Notes under the pieces: model-generated
Told to the model about the DNA's origin: nothing
The model's database searches: none
Seen by the model: the letters and a program-made list of their open reading frames with translations, nothing else
From: Candidatus Marinacidobacterales bacterium
Lineage (GTDB): Bacteria > Acidobacteriota > Vicinamibacteria > Marinacidobacterales > DATDRI01
Reading direction: 5' to 3'
Length of the DNA stretch: 64,000 bases
Assembly: GCA_965219415.1 (NCBI GenBank)
Contig: CBDCNP010000002.1
Location: 1,568,001-1,632,000 of the forward strand
Shown here: positions 49,449 through 60,714 of the stretch, one piece after another
Layout of the letters: the number at the start of each line of letters is the position of its first letter
Numbering within the stretch: the stretch's first letter is position 1
Translations under genes and position numbers: made by a program

Positions 49449-50801
49449 GTGCCCCCCGCGGCCCAGCGACTCACCTGGCTCGAAGCCCTTGGTCTCCACC
49501 GTCGAGAGCTCAGAGCTTGGGCGATGTATGACTGGGCCAACTCGGCCTTCGCGACCACCATCATGGCGGCGGTGCTGCCCATCTTCTACCATGGATATGC
49601 CGCCAGCTCGCTTCCGGAGAACCTTCGCACCGTCTACTGGGGTTATACGCAGACGGTGGCGCTCGTCATCATCGCCCTCATCTCGCCGGTTCTGGGCGCG
49701 ACGGCCGACTACCTGGGTGCAAAGAAGAAGTTTCTCGCCGTGTTTGCCGGCATTGGAGTTCTGGGGTCGTTCCTTCTTTCCTTCACCGGCGAAGGACAAT
49801 GGCTCTTCGCTTCGGCCGTCTTCATCGTCGGCAACATCGGTTTCGCCGCCGGCAACGTGTTTTACGAGTCTCTCTTGCCGCATGTCGCTAAGCCAAACGA
49901 AGTCGATCGCGTATCGACGGCGGGCTACGCCATCGGCTACGTCGGTGGCGGACTACTCCTCGCCTTTCAGCTCGCGTGGATCACCTGGCCTGACAAATTC
50001 AGCATGACGGATGCAACCCAGGCCTCTAAGTACGCCTTCGCCAGTGTGGGACTCTGGTGGGCCATCTTCGCCATCCCGCTTCTCCGCACCGTCTCCGAGC
50101 CGCCGCGTCGACTGGAGCAGGGCGAGCTCCTCGAGATGAACCCCTTCCAAGTCGGTTTCAGCCGTGTCATAGAAACCTTCAAGGAGATTCGAAAACATCG
50201 GCAGATCTTCACCTTTCTCATCGCGTTTTGGCTTTACAACGACGGCATCATGACCATCATCAAGATGGCAACGATCTACGGTTCCGAGATCGGGATCGGG
50301 CGGACGCATTTGATCGGGGCGCTGCTCCTCGTGCAGTTCATGGGTATTCCCTTCACTTTTGCCTACGGTGCGTTGGCGGCTCGCATCGGAGCCAAGAATG
50401 GTCTCTATATCGCGCTCGTCGTTTACACCGGCATCTCCATCTTGGGCTATTTCCTGACCACCGCAACGCACTTTTGGGCGCTCGCTTGTGCCGTGGCCAT
50501 GGTGCAGGGGGGAAGCCAGGCCTTGAGCCGCTCCCTTTATGCGGCGATGGTGCCGCGGGGAAAATCGTCCGAGTTCTTCGGCTTCTACAGTATCAGTGGA
50601 AAGTTCGGGAACATCATCGGGCCCTTCGTGTTCGCGGTCGTCAGCCAGCTCACCGGTGGAAGCCGGCTGGGGATCCTCTCCCTCATCGTATTCTTTGCCA
50701 GCGGCATGTTTTTCCTGAGCCGAGTGGACGTGGAAGAAGGGCGCCGTGTCGCGGAGGCCGAGGACTCCGAGTTAAAACTAGCTGGGCCCAACGCGCGGTG
50801 A
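49449..50801 (+). CDS. MFS transporter (UMF1/Atg22-like)
   Basis: [37 protein letters not shown]. Confidence 0.92.
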   Translation: MPPAAQRLTWLEALGLHRRELRAWAMYDWANSAFATTIMAAVLPIFYHGYAASSLPENLRTVYWGYTQTVALVIIALISPVLGATADYLGAKKKFLAVFAGIGVLGSFLLSFTGEGQWLFASAVFIVGNIGFAAGNVFYESLLPHVAKPNEVDRVSTAGYAIGYVGGGLLLAFQLAWITWPDKFSMTDATQASKYAFASVGLWWAIFAIPLLRTVSEPPRRLEQGELLEMNPFQVGFSRVIETFKEIRKHRQIFTFLIAFWLYNDGIMTIIKMATIYGSEIGIGRTHLIGALLLVQFMGIPFTFAYGALAARIGAKNGLYIALVVYTGISILGYFLTTATHFWALACAVAMVQGGSQALSRSLYAAMVPRGKSSEFFGFYSISGKFGNIIGPFVFAVVSQLTGGSRLGILSLIVFFASGMFFLSRVDVEEGRRVAEAEDSELKLAGPNAR

Positions 50802-50887
50802 GGACCTTACCTGACTGACTCTTTCGTTTCAAACCTTTCCTTCAAGAATCACGTACTCCTATCCTGGAGCCTTTCCTAGGAGAATTC

Positions 50888-53037
50888 ATGAGACTACTCT
50901 TGCCTACTGTTCCCGTACTTACCTGTGTCGGCTTCTTGCTGGGCACTCCGGTTGCCGCTCAAGAGTCGACGTTCTCGTCGACGAAAAGACGTTCCGGCTG
51001 CTCAACAACGAGCTCTCGGGAGAGATCGCCAAGGACAACCTGAAGGTCGTGACGCGATACCACCGGCCGGGAGGCTCCCAGGGGTTCCACGACGCCGCAC
51101 AGTTCATCATCGAGAAAGCCAAGGAATACGGGCTCGAGGGCATCGAGCTCATCCGCCAGGAAAGTCACCAGGCGGCCTGGAGCCCCGGACACTCCGAGCT
51201 CTAGATGGTGGAGCCGGAAGAGTTCAAGCTGGCCGATAACTGGGAAGTGGCGACGGCACTCGCCGACCATTCGCGTCCGGCCGACGTCACCGCCGAGCTG
51301 GTGGACGTGGGCGCGGGCACGACGGACTCGGATTACGAGGGGAAGGAAGTCGAGGGCAAGCTCGTTCTCGCGACGGGCGTGACGCCGATGGTCATGGCGG
51401 AGCCCGTTTTGAAACGTGGCGCCTTAGGAGTCATTTCGTCATGGTCGAGCCGCGTCCACCCAATTATCGAAGGAGCGGACCAAGTTTCCATCGGGCTCAT
51501 GGGAGGCTTCGGGGGCGGCGAGCAGGAACCGACGTTCGCGTTCATGATCTCACCCCGCACGGGGATCTGGTTACAAAAACTGATAAGTGGTGGTTTTTCG
51601 GGAGACGTATTCAACTTAGCCGTCGCCGAGCCACAAAAAGTCGTCCTGAGAGCGCGGGTGGAATCCAGGGTCGATCCCGAGCCATGGATGGAAATGATCG
51701 AGTACGTCATTTCCGGGAGCGAAATCCATGATCAAGACATCGTTTTGACTGCGCACCTCCAAGAGGAGAAACCTTCAGCCAACGACGATGGTAGCGGTTG
51801 CGTGAACCTTCTGGAGATCGCTCGTGTGATGACACTGGCGATCGATGAAGGACGCCTCCCTCGCCCGCGCCGCGACATTTGCTTTTGGTGGGCGACGGAA
51901 ATTTCGAGCGAGTATCGATACTTCGAGGAGCACCCCGAAGAGCGCGAACAGATGTTGGTCAACATCAACCAGGACATGGTGGGGGCCAACCAATCGTATG
52001 GAAACCGTGTCCAAATGATCACCCGAACTCCCAACTCCATGCCGAGTTATCTGAGCGACGTGGTGGAGTCGATCGCGCAGTCCTTGATTCGGGGCAACAC
52101 CGCGTTTCTGGCGGTGCGAGCAGCCGGCAACTTTGCCAGGGGGACACGTTATTCGCGGCCGGTTCTGGCACCGCTCGGGACACGGGATCGTTACAACGCG
52201 ATGGTCGTGCCCTACCACGGCATGACCGATCACATCGCGTTTATGAATTCCATCATCGGTATTCCCGGTGTCACACTCACCAATTGGCCGGATCCGTTCA
52301 TTCACTCCTCTGCCGATGACATGTGGAACGTGGACTCGATCCAAATGAAGCGGAACGCACTCCTCGTCGCTGCGTCGGCACTGTATATCGCCGATGCGGG
52401 CGAAACGGAGGTTCCCTCGCTGACGTCGGAGGTTTACGGAAGGGCGCTCGGAAGGATCGGACGGGACGTGGGCACGGCGAGCCGCCTCGTCCAAACGTCG
52501 CAAGCGTCGAACGCGGAAGACATGGCGGCGTCCTATCGAAGCGCTCGGAAGCTCATCGCGCAAGCGGTGGAACGAGAGCAGACCGCCTTGCGCTCGGTCT
52601 CCGTCTTCGCGCCTGCCGGCAGTTCGGCGAGCCGACTGATCCAGACCACGGCCGACTCGCTCGGTCAAAGACAGAGCGAGTGGACCACGCTTCTCGACGG
52701 TGTCTATCGCGCCGCCTCCGGGGGGGGATCGCCGCCGTCACTGGAACTGACTCCCCAAGAGAAGCAACTGAACCAGAAGACGCCTCGCAAGATAGGAACC
52801 ATCGGTGAGTACCTGAAGGCCTCGAGTCAGACCAAGCCGGTACCGGGGCTTCATCCGTTCATGCGAGAGAAAGTCTTGAACTTCGTGGACGGGCAGCGAA
52901 GCGTCCTCGATATCTTCCTAGCGGTGAGCGCCCAAGCCCAATCGGCTGGCGCCTTCTATTATGGAGAGACGTCCCTCACCAAGGTCGAGCAATACCTGAC
53001 GAACGCAGAGGAGGCCGGCGCCATCGAATTCCAGTAA
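50888..53037 (+). pseudogene. M28 family peptidase (DUF4910-like), secreted; frameshift near 50975 and in-frame TAG at 51202
   Basis: Signal peptide from ATG 50888, ELSGEIAKDNL, then SEL-TAG-MVEPEE; AHLQE, ANDDGSG, NQDMVG, TDH, HSSAD. Confidence 0.75.
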
Positions 53038-53053
53038 ACTGTCCGGCAGATCT

Positions 53054-54838
53054 ATGCCGAACATGAACGATCTTCACCTGCTCCTCGATCGAATCGATGG
53101 ACGCGGCTACAAGGCATATAAGGAGATCGCGGGAACGTACGACGGCCAGGGCGAGGGCCAGAACGAGGGATGGACGTTACACATCGACCACGTACAGGGC
53201 GACCCCTTCGCCACCCCGAGTAAGGTCCGGCTCCGGGTGCCGCAGCGACGGTCTCAAGTCCCGCCGGCTCTCTTCGATAATCCGGCCCGCCGGCTGGCCC
53301 TTCAAGATTTTCTCTGCCGAGAGGTGCATCGTGCCATCCGGCGCGAGGTGAAAGGGCGGCGAGGGAGCGGCAAGAGCGGCACCGTCACCATCGACGTAGG
53401 AGGACAAGAAGTCCTCGAGCGCACCGCCCTTCGCGTGACAAAAGACTGGGTCGAGGCACGTATCGAAGTCGGCCTCCCAGCGGACGGACGCAGCATACTC
53501 GGGCGCCAGGCGGAGACCATCCTGTGTCGTGAGCTGCCCAAAGTGCTCGAGCGCTCCTTGCTCTGGAAGAATGTCTCGCAAGACGAGGGTCGGGAGTTCG
53601 TCGATTGCGTCGAGAATCAGGAGCACATCCGCCTAGAACTCGGGAAGCTCGGCCTCATCGCTTTCGTGGGGGACGGGGCGAGTCTTCCCCGCGAGAGCGG
53701 CGCCAGCGACCGACCCCTCGGTACGAAGGAGGCGGTCCCGTTTCGTGCGCCGGCTCCCCTGCGAGTGAGCATCGACGTACCCCACACGGTCCACCGGGAA
53801 GACGGTCCCACGCGATCCATCTCCGGAATGGGGATCCCGCCGGGTGTCACGCTCATCGTGGGCGGCGGCTACCACGGCAAGTCCACACTGCTCAAAGCGC
53901 TGGAGCGAGGTGTCTACCCGCACATTCCCGGAGACGGTCGGGAGTACGTCGTTACCGACCGCGATGCGGTCAAGATCCGAGCCGAGGACGGAAGGCGCGT
54001 GGAAAAGGTCAACATCAGCTCCTTCATTACTAATCTTCCTTTCGGACGGAGCACCGAAGCTTTCTCCACGGACGACGCCAGCGGAAGCACGTCACAAGCC
54101 GCTAACATCATGGAAGCGCTCGAAGTCGGCGCCACCACCCTGCTGCTGGATGAAGACACATCGGCCACCAACTTCATGGTCCGGGATTCTCGTATGCAGG
54201 CACTGGTGAACAAAGAGCACGAGCCGATCACGCCCTTTCTGGATCGGGTGCGCGAGCTCCACGACACGCTCGGTGTCTCCACCGTTCTCGTCATGGGAGG
54301 CTCGGGGGACTACTTCGAGTCCGCGCACAACGTCGTGCTGATGAAAGACTTTCTACCGCACGAGGTGACCGAGGAAGCAAAGCAAATCGCTAAAGCCCAA
54401 CCGACCCAACGTGCTATCGAGGCGGTTAACCCTCTACCCCGCCACATAGACCGCATCCCGGTGGCGCGAAGCTTCGATCCTTCTCGTGGACGGCGCGAGG
54501 TCAAAATAGACATCAAACAGGTAGACCTTATTTTGTTCGGACGGGAGCGGATCGATCTACGCGCCGCCGAGCAGCTCGTGGATTCGAGCCAAACCCGAGC
54601 CATCGGACACGTCATTCACCTTGCGGCGGAGAAGTTTATGGACGCCGACCGTACGCTCCGTGAAGTGTTGGAAAATGTGGGCCGCATCTTCGATAAGGAG
54701 GGGTTGGACATCCTCGATCCCTTTCGCCGCCCCGGGCATCATCCCGGCAACTTCGCTCGACCCCGGAAGCACGAAATCGCGACTGCCATCAACCGACTGC
54801 GGACCGTGCGCATGCGTCAAAGTGAGGAAGGTGAATGA
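53054..54838 (+). CDS. ABC-ATPase domain-containing P-loop ATPase
   Basis: HVQGDPFA, GGGYHGKST, DASGSTSQA, LLDEDTSATNFM. Confidence 0.9.
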   Translation: MPNMNDLHLLLDRIDGRGYKAYKEIAGTYDGQGEGQNEGWTLHIDHVQGDPFATPSKVRLRVPQRRSQVPPALFDNPARRLALQDFLCREVHRAIRREVKGRRGSGKSGTVTIDVGGQEVLERTALRVTKDWVEARIEVGLPADGRSILGRQAETILCRELPKVLERSLLWKNVSQDEGREFVDCVENQEHIRLELGKLGLIAFVGDGASLPRESGASDRPLGTKEAVPFRAPAPLRVSIDVPHTVHREDGPTRSISGMGIPPGVTLIVGGGYHGKSTLLKALERGVYPHIPGDGREYVVTDRDAVKIRAEDGRRVEKVNISSFITNLPFGRSTEAFSTDDASGSTSQAANIMEALEVGATTLLLDEDTSATNFMVRDSRMQALVNKEHEPITPFLDRVRELHDTLGVSTVLVMGGSGDYFESAHNVVLMKDFLPHEVTEEAKQIAKAQPTQRAIEAVNPLPRHIDRIPVARSFDPSRGRREVKIDIKQVDLILFGRERIDLRAAEQLVDSSQTRAIGHVIHLAAEKFMDADRTLREVLENVGRIFDKEGLDILDPFRRPGHHPGNFARPRKHEIATAINRLRTVRMRQSEEGE

Positions 54839-56247
54839 GAAGAACTCTAATTGGTATTTGGTGCCTATTGCTGCTGTCTACTTGCCAAACCCCACCCGCG
54901 GACACCCCAGCGGACGGGGCCGACATCGTGGACATCGTTATTCGGGGAGGGACCGTGGTCACCATGGATCCGGGGAGACGAATCCTCGAAGGTGGCGCGG
55001 TCGTCGTTCGTGGGGCGACGATTGAAGCGGTGCTCGAGGCCGGGGAACCGGTTCCCGCGGCACGCGAGACCGTAGACGCCACCGGGCACCTCGTGATTCC
55101 GGGTCTGGTCAACACGCACGGTCACATTGCCATGAGCCTGCTACGGGGCATCGCCGACGATCTCATTCTCATGGAATGGCTCGAGGGATACATCTTCCCC
55201 GCCGAGGGGCAAAACGTCTCGCCGGAGTTCGTCTACTGGGGCAGTCTTCTCGGCTGCATCGAGATGGCGTTGAGCGGAACCACCACCTTCACCGACCAGT
55301 ACTATTTCGAAGAGGAGGTGGCCCGCGCGACCGACGAGGCGGGGCTGCGAGGCGTACTCGGGCAGACTATCATCGGCTTTCCGGTCCCGGATTACGCGAC
55401 ACCAGAAGAGACGCTAACAAGCACAGAGAAATTCATAAAAGAGTACAAAGACCACCCAAGGGTCACGCCGTCGGTTGCGCCGCACGCTCTTTACACGACT
55501 TCGCTCGAAGTCGTCAAAAATGCCTATCGGCTCGCCCAACGCTATGAAGTCCCTTTTCAGATCCACGCGGTGGAACCCCCTACTGAGAATGACACCGTCA
55601 AAGAAAGGCTGGGAAAGGAAACCATCGCCGTCCTCGATGACGCGGGGATTCTTTCCCCTGGCGTGGTATTGCATCATTCGATCTGGTTGTCCGATGAAGA
55701 CATCCAACGCATCGCTCGAAGCGGCGCGGCCACCTCCCACAACCCCGAGAGCAACATGAAGACGGCATCGGGGTTGGCCCGCGTTCCCGATCTCATCGCG
55801 GCCGGTGTGACGGTGGGTCTCGGGACGGATGGGCCGGCCAGCAACAACAACCTCGACATGTTCGAGGAGATGGATACCGCCGCGAAGCTTCACAAGCTCA
55901 TCAGGGAGGATCCGACGGTGATGCCGGCGGAAAAAGTCTTCGAGCTAGCCACGCTGGGAGGAGCAAAGGCTCTGGGCCTCGAGGAGTCCATCGGTTCGAT
56001 CGAAGCCGGCAAGCTGGCCGACCTCGTGCTCATCGATGCCAGGGTGCCGGGGCTGACGCCACTCTACGATGTTTACTCCCACCTCGTTTACGTCATCAAA
56101 GGAGGTCACGTAGGAACCGTATTGGTCGGAGGGAACTTCGTGGTGCGAGACAGGAAGGTGACGACCGTCGATGTCGACGAAGTCATGGCCAAGGTGCGAG
56201 AGTTCCGAACACGCATCCTCGAGAGCCTCCAAGGAAGCGACCGGTGA
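54835..56247 (+). CDS. Amidohydrolase (MtaD/SAH deaminase-like) with lipoprotein-like signal
   Basis: NTHGH, APHALYT, HNPESNMK, GTDGPASNN, GKLAD. Confidence 0.9.
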   Translation: MRRTLIGIWCLLLLSTCQTPPADTPADGADIVDIVIRGGTVVTMDPGRRILEGGAVVVRGATIEAVLEAGEPVPAARETVDATGHLVIPGLVNTHGHIAMSLLRGIADDLILMEWLEGYIFPAEGQNVSPEFVYWGSLLGCIEMALSGTTTFTDQYYFEEEVARATDEAGLRGVLGQTIIGFPVPDYATPEETLTSTEKFIKEYKDHPRVTPSVAPHALYTTSLEVVKNAYRLAQRYEVPFQIHAVEPPTENDTVKERLGKETIAVLDDAGILSPGVVLHHSIWLSDEDIQRIARSGAATSHNPESNMKTASGLARVPDLIAAGVTVGLGTDGPASNNNLDMFEEMDTAAKLHKLIREDPTVMPAEKVFELATLGGAKALGLEESIGSIEAGKLADLVLIDARVPGLTPLYDVYSHLVYVIKGGHVGTVLVGGNFVVRDRKVTTVDVDEVMAKVREFRTRILESLQGSDR

Positions 56248-57299
56248 GTACGGAAACTCTGCGGAAGCTACCTAAGGTCGAGATCCATCTACATCTTGAA
56301 GGAGCCATCCCACACGATTGCCTTTGGGAGCTGATCAAGAAATATGGCAAGGCCTCCGAAGTGAAGGAGGTGTCCGGCCTCCAAGCGAGATTCCAATACA
56401 AGGATTTCTCGCAATTCATCGAAACCTGGATATGGAAAAACGGCTTTCTGCGCGAGTACGACGATTTTACTTTCTTCGCCGACCGTATCGCAGCCGACTT
56501 GGTGGAGCAAAGAATTCGCTACGTCGAAGCCTTCTACACGCCGGGCGACTTCGCGGAGCATGGGCTGAAGCCGCAACGGATCACCGAGGCGCTCAGGAAG
56601 GGGCTCGACGAGCACGCCGATCGGGTCACGGTGAAGCTCATAGCGGATCTCAACCGCGATTTCGGTCCAGAGATCGGAGCAAGATGTCTCGAGGAAGTCG
56701 GCGAGGTGCAAGAGTTAGGCGTCATCGGGATCGGAATCGGAGGCTCGGAGCAACGATTCCCGCCAGAGCCATATCGCGACGTCTACGAACGGGCAAGGGA
56801 GCTCGGCTTCCACACCACCGCACATGCCGGGGAAGCGGCGGGGCCCGAAAGCATCTGGGGGGCGATCGAAACGCTCCGGGTGGAGCGAATCGGACACGGC
56901 ACCCGTGCCATCGAGGATGCCAAGCTGGTCGAGCACCTCAACGAGCGACAGATTCCGCTCGAGGTCTGCCCCATCTCCAACGTCCGAACCGGTGTCGTGC
57001 AGAATCTAAAGAGCCATCCCATCCAGCAATACTTCGAGAAAGGACTGTTGGTCTCCATCAACTCGGACGACCCCAAGATGTTCGAGACCAGCCTGGAGAC
57101 AGAGTTCACGGAACTGATGGAGACTTTCGGCTTCGAGCTGGAAGACGTCAAGAAGCTCATCGCAAACGGTATTCGCTCGGCCTGGTGCGACGAGGCGACG
57201 AAGAAGGCGTTGCTAGACGAGCTAGGAGAGCCCTCAGCCCGCGCGCGGTCGCCTGCCGACGGAGCGCGAACGCCTGGGGGTGGGGCCCCGGGCGACTAA
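56244..57299 (+). CDS. add: Adenosine/adenine deaminase
   Basis: LPKVEIHLHLEG, HAGE, RIGHG, CPISN, NSDDP. Confidence 0.9.
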   Translation: MSTETLRKLPKVEIHLHLEGAIPHDCLWELIKKYGKASEVKEVSGLQARFQYKDFSQFIETWIWKNGFLREYDDFTFFADRIAADLVEQRIRYVEAFYTPGDFAEHGLKPQRITEALRKGLDEHADRVTVKLIADLNRDFGPEIGARCLEEVGEVQELGVIGIGIGGSEQRFPPEPYRDVYERARELGFHTTAHAGEAAGPESIWGAIETLRVERIGHGTRAIEDAKLVEHLNERQIPLEVCPISNVRTGVVQNLKSHPIQQYFEKGLLVSINSDDPKMFETSLETEFTELMETFGFELEDVKKLIANGIRSAWCDEATKKALLDELGEPSARARSPADGARTPGGGAPGD

Positions 57300-57403
57300 T
57301 TGATTTTAAGGCTCTTCGTCAGGGATCGGAATGCGGGTGCTGATGATTGTCCTGTCGAAGCGAACGTTCTGCGGCGGCGCCAGACTCGGAGGCTCGGTGG
57401 CCA

Positions 57404-58800
57404 TCACCGCCGACTGGGATTGGGGAGGCGTCGCAGGTCGGAGATCCTTGGGCACCGGGAACTGACCACTCGGCGGACGGCTCTCACAAATGTATTGTTC
57501 TGAGGCGGGAGGACCCGGTTCCTTCCCTGATGCTTGGCGGCGTAGAGAGCTTCGTCCGCGGCTTTGAGGAGGCTGGTGCTATCCAGGGCGTCGCCGGGAT
57601 AAGTAGCCACGCCCCCGCTAATACTCAGGACACCAAGAGGTTGCTTCGCCGCAAAGGAGAAGTCGTGCTGCGCGATTAGCGTGCGAAGCTTCTCCGCAAC
57701 ACGGAGCGCCTCCGTATTGGAGGAGCCCGGCAGAATGACCAAGAACTCCTCGCCGCCGAAACGACCGAAGATGCTCTCTTCCCTTACGTTGTCTTTCACC
57801 AAGCCCGCCAACTCTTTCAAGAGTTTGTCGCCGGCGGCGACATGACCATTGACGTCGTTGTAGTTCTTGAAATGGTCTATGTCGAATAAGAAAACGGAAA
57901 GGTTGGTCAATTGTTTCTGTGCCTGGTAGATCCTTTCGCCGAGCGCTCCGACTAAGTGGCGTTTGTTGTAGATACGAGTGAGGCCATCCATATCGGCGGT
58001 GATTTTCATCTGGCGGTAGGCGGTGACGTTATGCATGGCGACCGCTCCGATCTGCGCGATCAGCCACATCGCCTTCTTGGTAACGCTCCCCTGATACGGC
58101 GAACCGGAGATTGCGATCACGCCGACAGTCTTCTCGTCGAAGACCATGGGTGCCGCCAGGTCGGGTTTGAAACCGGGCATGGTTTTTCCGTCGATCTTTT
58201 GTCGGCTGAGAGACGTTTCTCGTTCGAAATCCTCACGACTCATCGTGAGCTGGGCCTCGGCAACGAAACCGAGGTCCCCTTCGCCGATGTTGATCTGAGA
58301 CCCGGGCTTGATGGAAGAGGTCGTAGGATGCACCGCCGCCACGGTGAGACGGCCGGCTCTCTCGGGCTCGGATTCTGCGCTGCGGCGCCGCAACAAGACC
58401 ACCGCCTGCCGCGGCTCCAAGGTTCGGATTACGACCTGTAGCAAAATACCGGGGATTCGGCGCGCTTTGACCCGAGAGTGAAGCTGCTCGGTGAGCAGCG
58501 GGAGCTCGCGCACGAAACGGTCGAGGAATTCCTGTCTCTCCAATCCCTGGAGAAGCTCTTTTTTTTGCCGCGTGAGGGCATCTGCTTCCGAGCTAACTCA
58601 CTCGAACTCGGTGCGGAGGCTCATGTAGCGGGTAACGATGTAGAACAGACCGATGCTCAGAGCCAATGCGATCAGGATGACCGATGTCGTCAGCAACAAC
58701 GTACGCTTCTCCCCCCAGATGGGAATACAAGAATGATGCCGACAACGGCCCCCGGGGCGATGAACACCGCCCGCCGGGGCGAACCCCTAAGCCACTCCAT
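57404..58800 (-). pseudogene. Membrane-anchored GAF-GGDEF diguanylate cyclase; N-terminus disrupted by a frameshift near 58720 and TGA at 58598-58600
   Basis: DGLTRIYN, DIDHFKNYND, RFGGEEF, ADEALYAAK. The upstream TM segment is in frame across the TGA. Confidence 0.75.
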
Positions 58801-59048
58801 CCATAAGGCTTGTCGCTTGAGAAGCAGGCTCGCGGGGAAGCAGAAACACGGTGACTGTAGGAAAAAACCCTTCTCGGCGGGTAAAAGAGCCCTCAGCCCG
58901 CGTGCAGTCCTGAGCCGATGCGGAGTCGCTGCGGGCCGCCAAATGACGTGGTGGCTTTGACCGGAGCTAGCCAGGCGGGCACTCAGTTCCCGCGGGCCGC
59001 CAAAATACGTTGTTGCCAATCTGGAGCTAGCCCGGCGGCGGTGAGGTT

Positions 59049-60689
59049 CTACTGATCCGCGCCGGTGCCGACGTAGCCCAGCGCCTTGAGCATCTCGAGC
59101 TGCTCCGGGTGCCCAGCCACTCGCTGCCGGTGGGTGAGGCGGAAGGCGAGTTTGGGTCTCCAATTCTTGAATTCCCGAGAGAGATCGACCAGCTCTCGCG
59201 GATGGGGAGGCGGTCCGAGGAGATCCTTCTCTTCCCAGGGATCGCTGCGGATGTCGAAGGCGGATTTCCCTGCTTCACGCTTCCACGTCCACTTGTACGG
59301 CCATTTGTAGCCCGCCGCGGCCGCCAAGCGGTTGCTCCCGTGTTTGAGCCCATAGGCCCACCACTCTCGACGCTCGGGGCACCGGCCGGTCCCCCAGCAC
59401 TCGACCAGAGAATGCCCCTCCACTCCCTTGGGAATCGGTAGTCCGATCAGATCGAGAAGCGTAGGTCCAACGTCCACCATCATGGCCCTGGTGTTGTCCA
59501 CGACCTTACCTGGAGGGACACCCGGACCGCGCATCTGCCAGAGTATTCGAAGTTGATCCTCGAACACGTAGGCCGAGTGCCCTAGATACCCGCGACGGTA
59601 TAGTCCCTCCCCATGATCGGAGACGATCACCCAGAGGGTACGGTCCCCGATTCCGAGAGACTCCAATAGCTCGCGCAACTCGCCAACGTACTTGTCCGTC
59701 CACGCAACCTCTTTTGGATACGCCTCCATCACTTCGGACGGCGGCGGGCGCATCAATCTCCCGCGAAAACCGAGTTCCAATTCGACCGTATCGCTCTCGC
59801 GATTCTCGAGCTCGAGGCTCCAGGAAGGGTCGAGCGCAATGTCATCGCTCGACTGTGGCAGCGTCGCGTCGGTCAACTCGGTCAAGTCGTTTTGGCCGAA
59901 CAGATTCATCTTGATACCGGTCTTGCGAAGGTCATCGGGCCGCGGCGCGCGCAGCGAAGTCCACGTCAAGACATGGCGTCCGGGTGACAGGGTAACCGTT
60001 TCTGAGACGTGAGCATGGTTCGCAAGTGTCCATTGGCCAACCAACTTGCCGTCCAGGGTCAGTTGCGTATCGGGCGGGGCGTCTTTGACTAGGTAGGGCT
60101 CGTGTGGATCCGAAAAGTGAACCCACATGAAAAAAGGATCTTGGTAATTTTGCTTGACCCACTCGCTGACCGGCTCGAACAATTCGTCGGCTCGGCGGTA
60201 CCACCTACCCTGCCGTTTGCCAAACGGATCGAAATACGAATCGAAGCCCTGATCGAGCTGGAACGCTTTCATCAAGACACCCAGAGAAACGAACGCCCCG
60301 GTACGATAGCCGGCATCCTTGAATACTTCCGCTAGCGTCGTGAGCCCTCGAGGGACGGCGTCTCCGTTGGCCATGACACTGTGCTTGAAGGGCGACATAC
60401 CGGTCATCAAGTCGGTGTGAGAAGGCAGAGTAATCGGCACCGGAGTGTAGGCGTGCTGAAAAACGACCCCTTGGTGCGCGAAGTCGACGAGATTCGGTGT
60501 CGATTGGTTTTCTGGATTGTAAACCCCCGTCTCGAGGACGTGGAGCGTATCGATCGTGATCAGAACAACGTGGGGATATCGGGCGCGGGCGCGCCTCCTA
60601 GCCACTTCCTCGCCAAAGCCAAAGAGGAAGAGCAATGCTCCGATCAAGCCCAGCGCTAGTAAAGTCCAGAACCATTTCGAGATTTTCAT
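59049..60689 (-). CDS. Sulfatase-like (alkaline phosphatase superfamily) membrane-anchored protein
   Basis: LITIDTL, PITLPSHT, HFSDPHEPY, SDHGE, LKALGY. Confidence 0.88.
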   Translation of the reverse strand: MKISKWFWTLLALGLIGALLFLFGFGEEVARRRARARYPHVVLITIDTLHVLETGVYNPENQSTPNLVDFAHQGVVFQHAYTPVPITLPSHTDLMTGMSPFKHSVMANGDAVPRGLTTLAEVFKDAGYRTGAFVSLGVLMKAFQLDQGFDSYFDPFGKRQGRWYRRADELFEPVSEWVKQNYQDPFFMWVHFSDPHEPYLVKDAPPDTQLTLDGKLVGQWTLANHAHVSETVTLSPGRHVLTWTSLRAPRPDDLRKTGIKMNLFGQNDLTELTDATLPQSSDDIALDPSWSLELENRESDTVELELGFRGRLMRPPPSEVMEAYPKEVAWTDKYVGELRELLESLGIGDRTLWVIVSDHGEGLYRRGYLGHSAYVFEDQLRILWQMRGPGVPPGKVVDNTRAMMVDVGPTLLDLIGLPIPKGVEGHSLVECWGTGRCPERREWWAYGLKHGSNRLAAAAGYKWPYKWTWKREAGKSAFDIRSDPWEEKDLLGPPPHPRELVDLSREFKNWRPKLAFRLTHRQRVAGHPEQLEMLKALGYVGTGADQ

Positions 60690-60714
60690 CGAGATCTAAA
60701 GGGCTGAAGGAGGG

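Noticed and set aside
51202-51204. In-frame TAG in the M28 peptidase as pyrrolysine or amber read-through
   Set aside because: The context SEL-x-MVEP fits Trp (TGG to TAG, one transition), the gene has another frameshift, and there is no methyltransferase or pyl context.
57300-57500. GC-rich stretch as a possible ncRNA
   Set aside because: It is better explained as the C-terminal tail of the GGDEF gene, probably with another frameshift.
58598-58600. In-frame TGA in the GGDEF gene as selenocysteine
   Set aside because: It lies in a coiled-coil linker with no redox motif and no clear hairpin 11-12 nt downstream; a CGA-to-TGA nonsense change is more likely.
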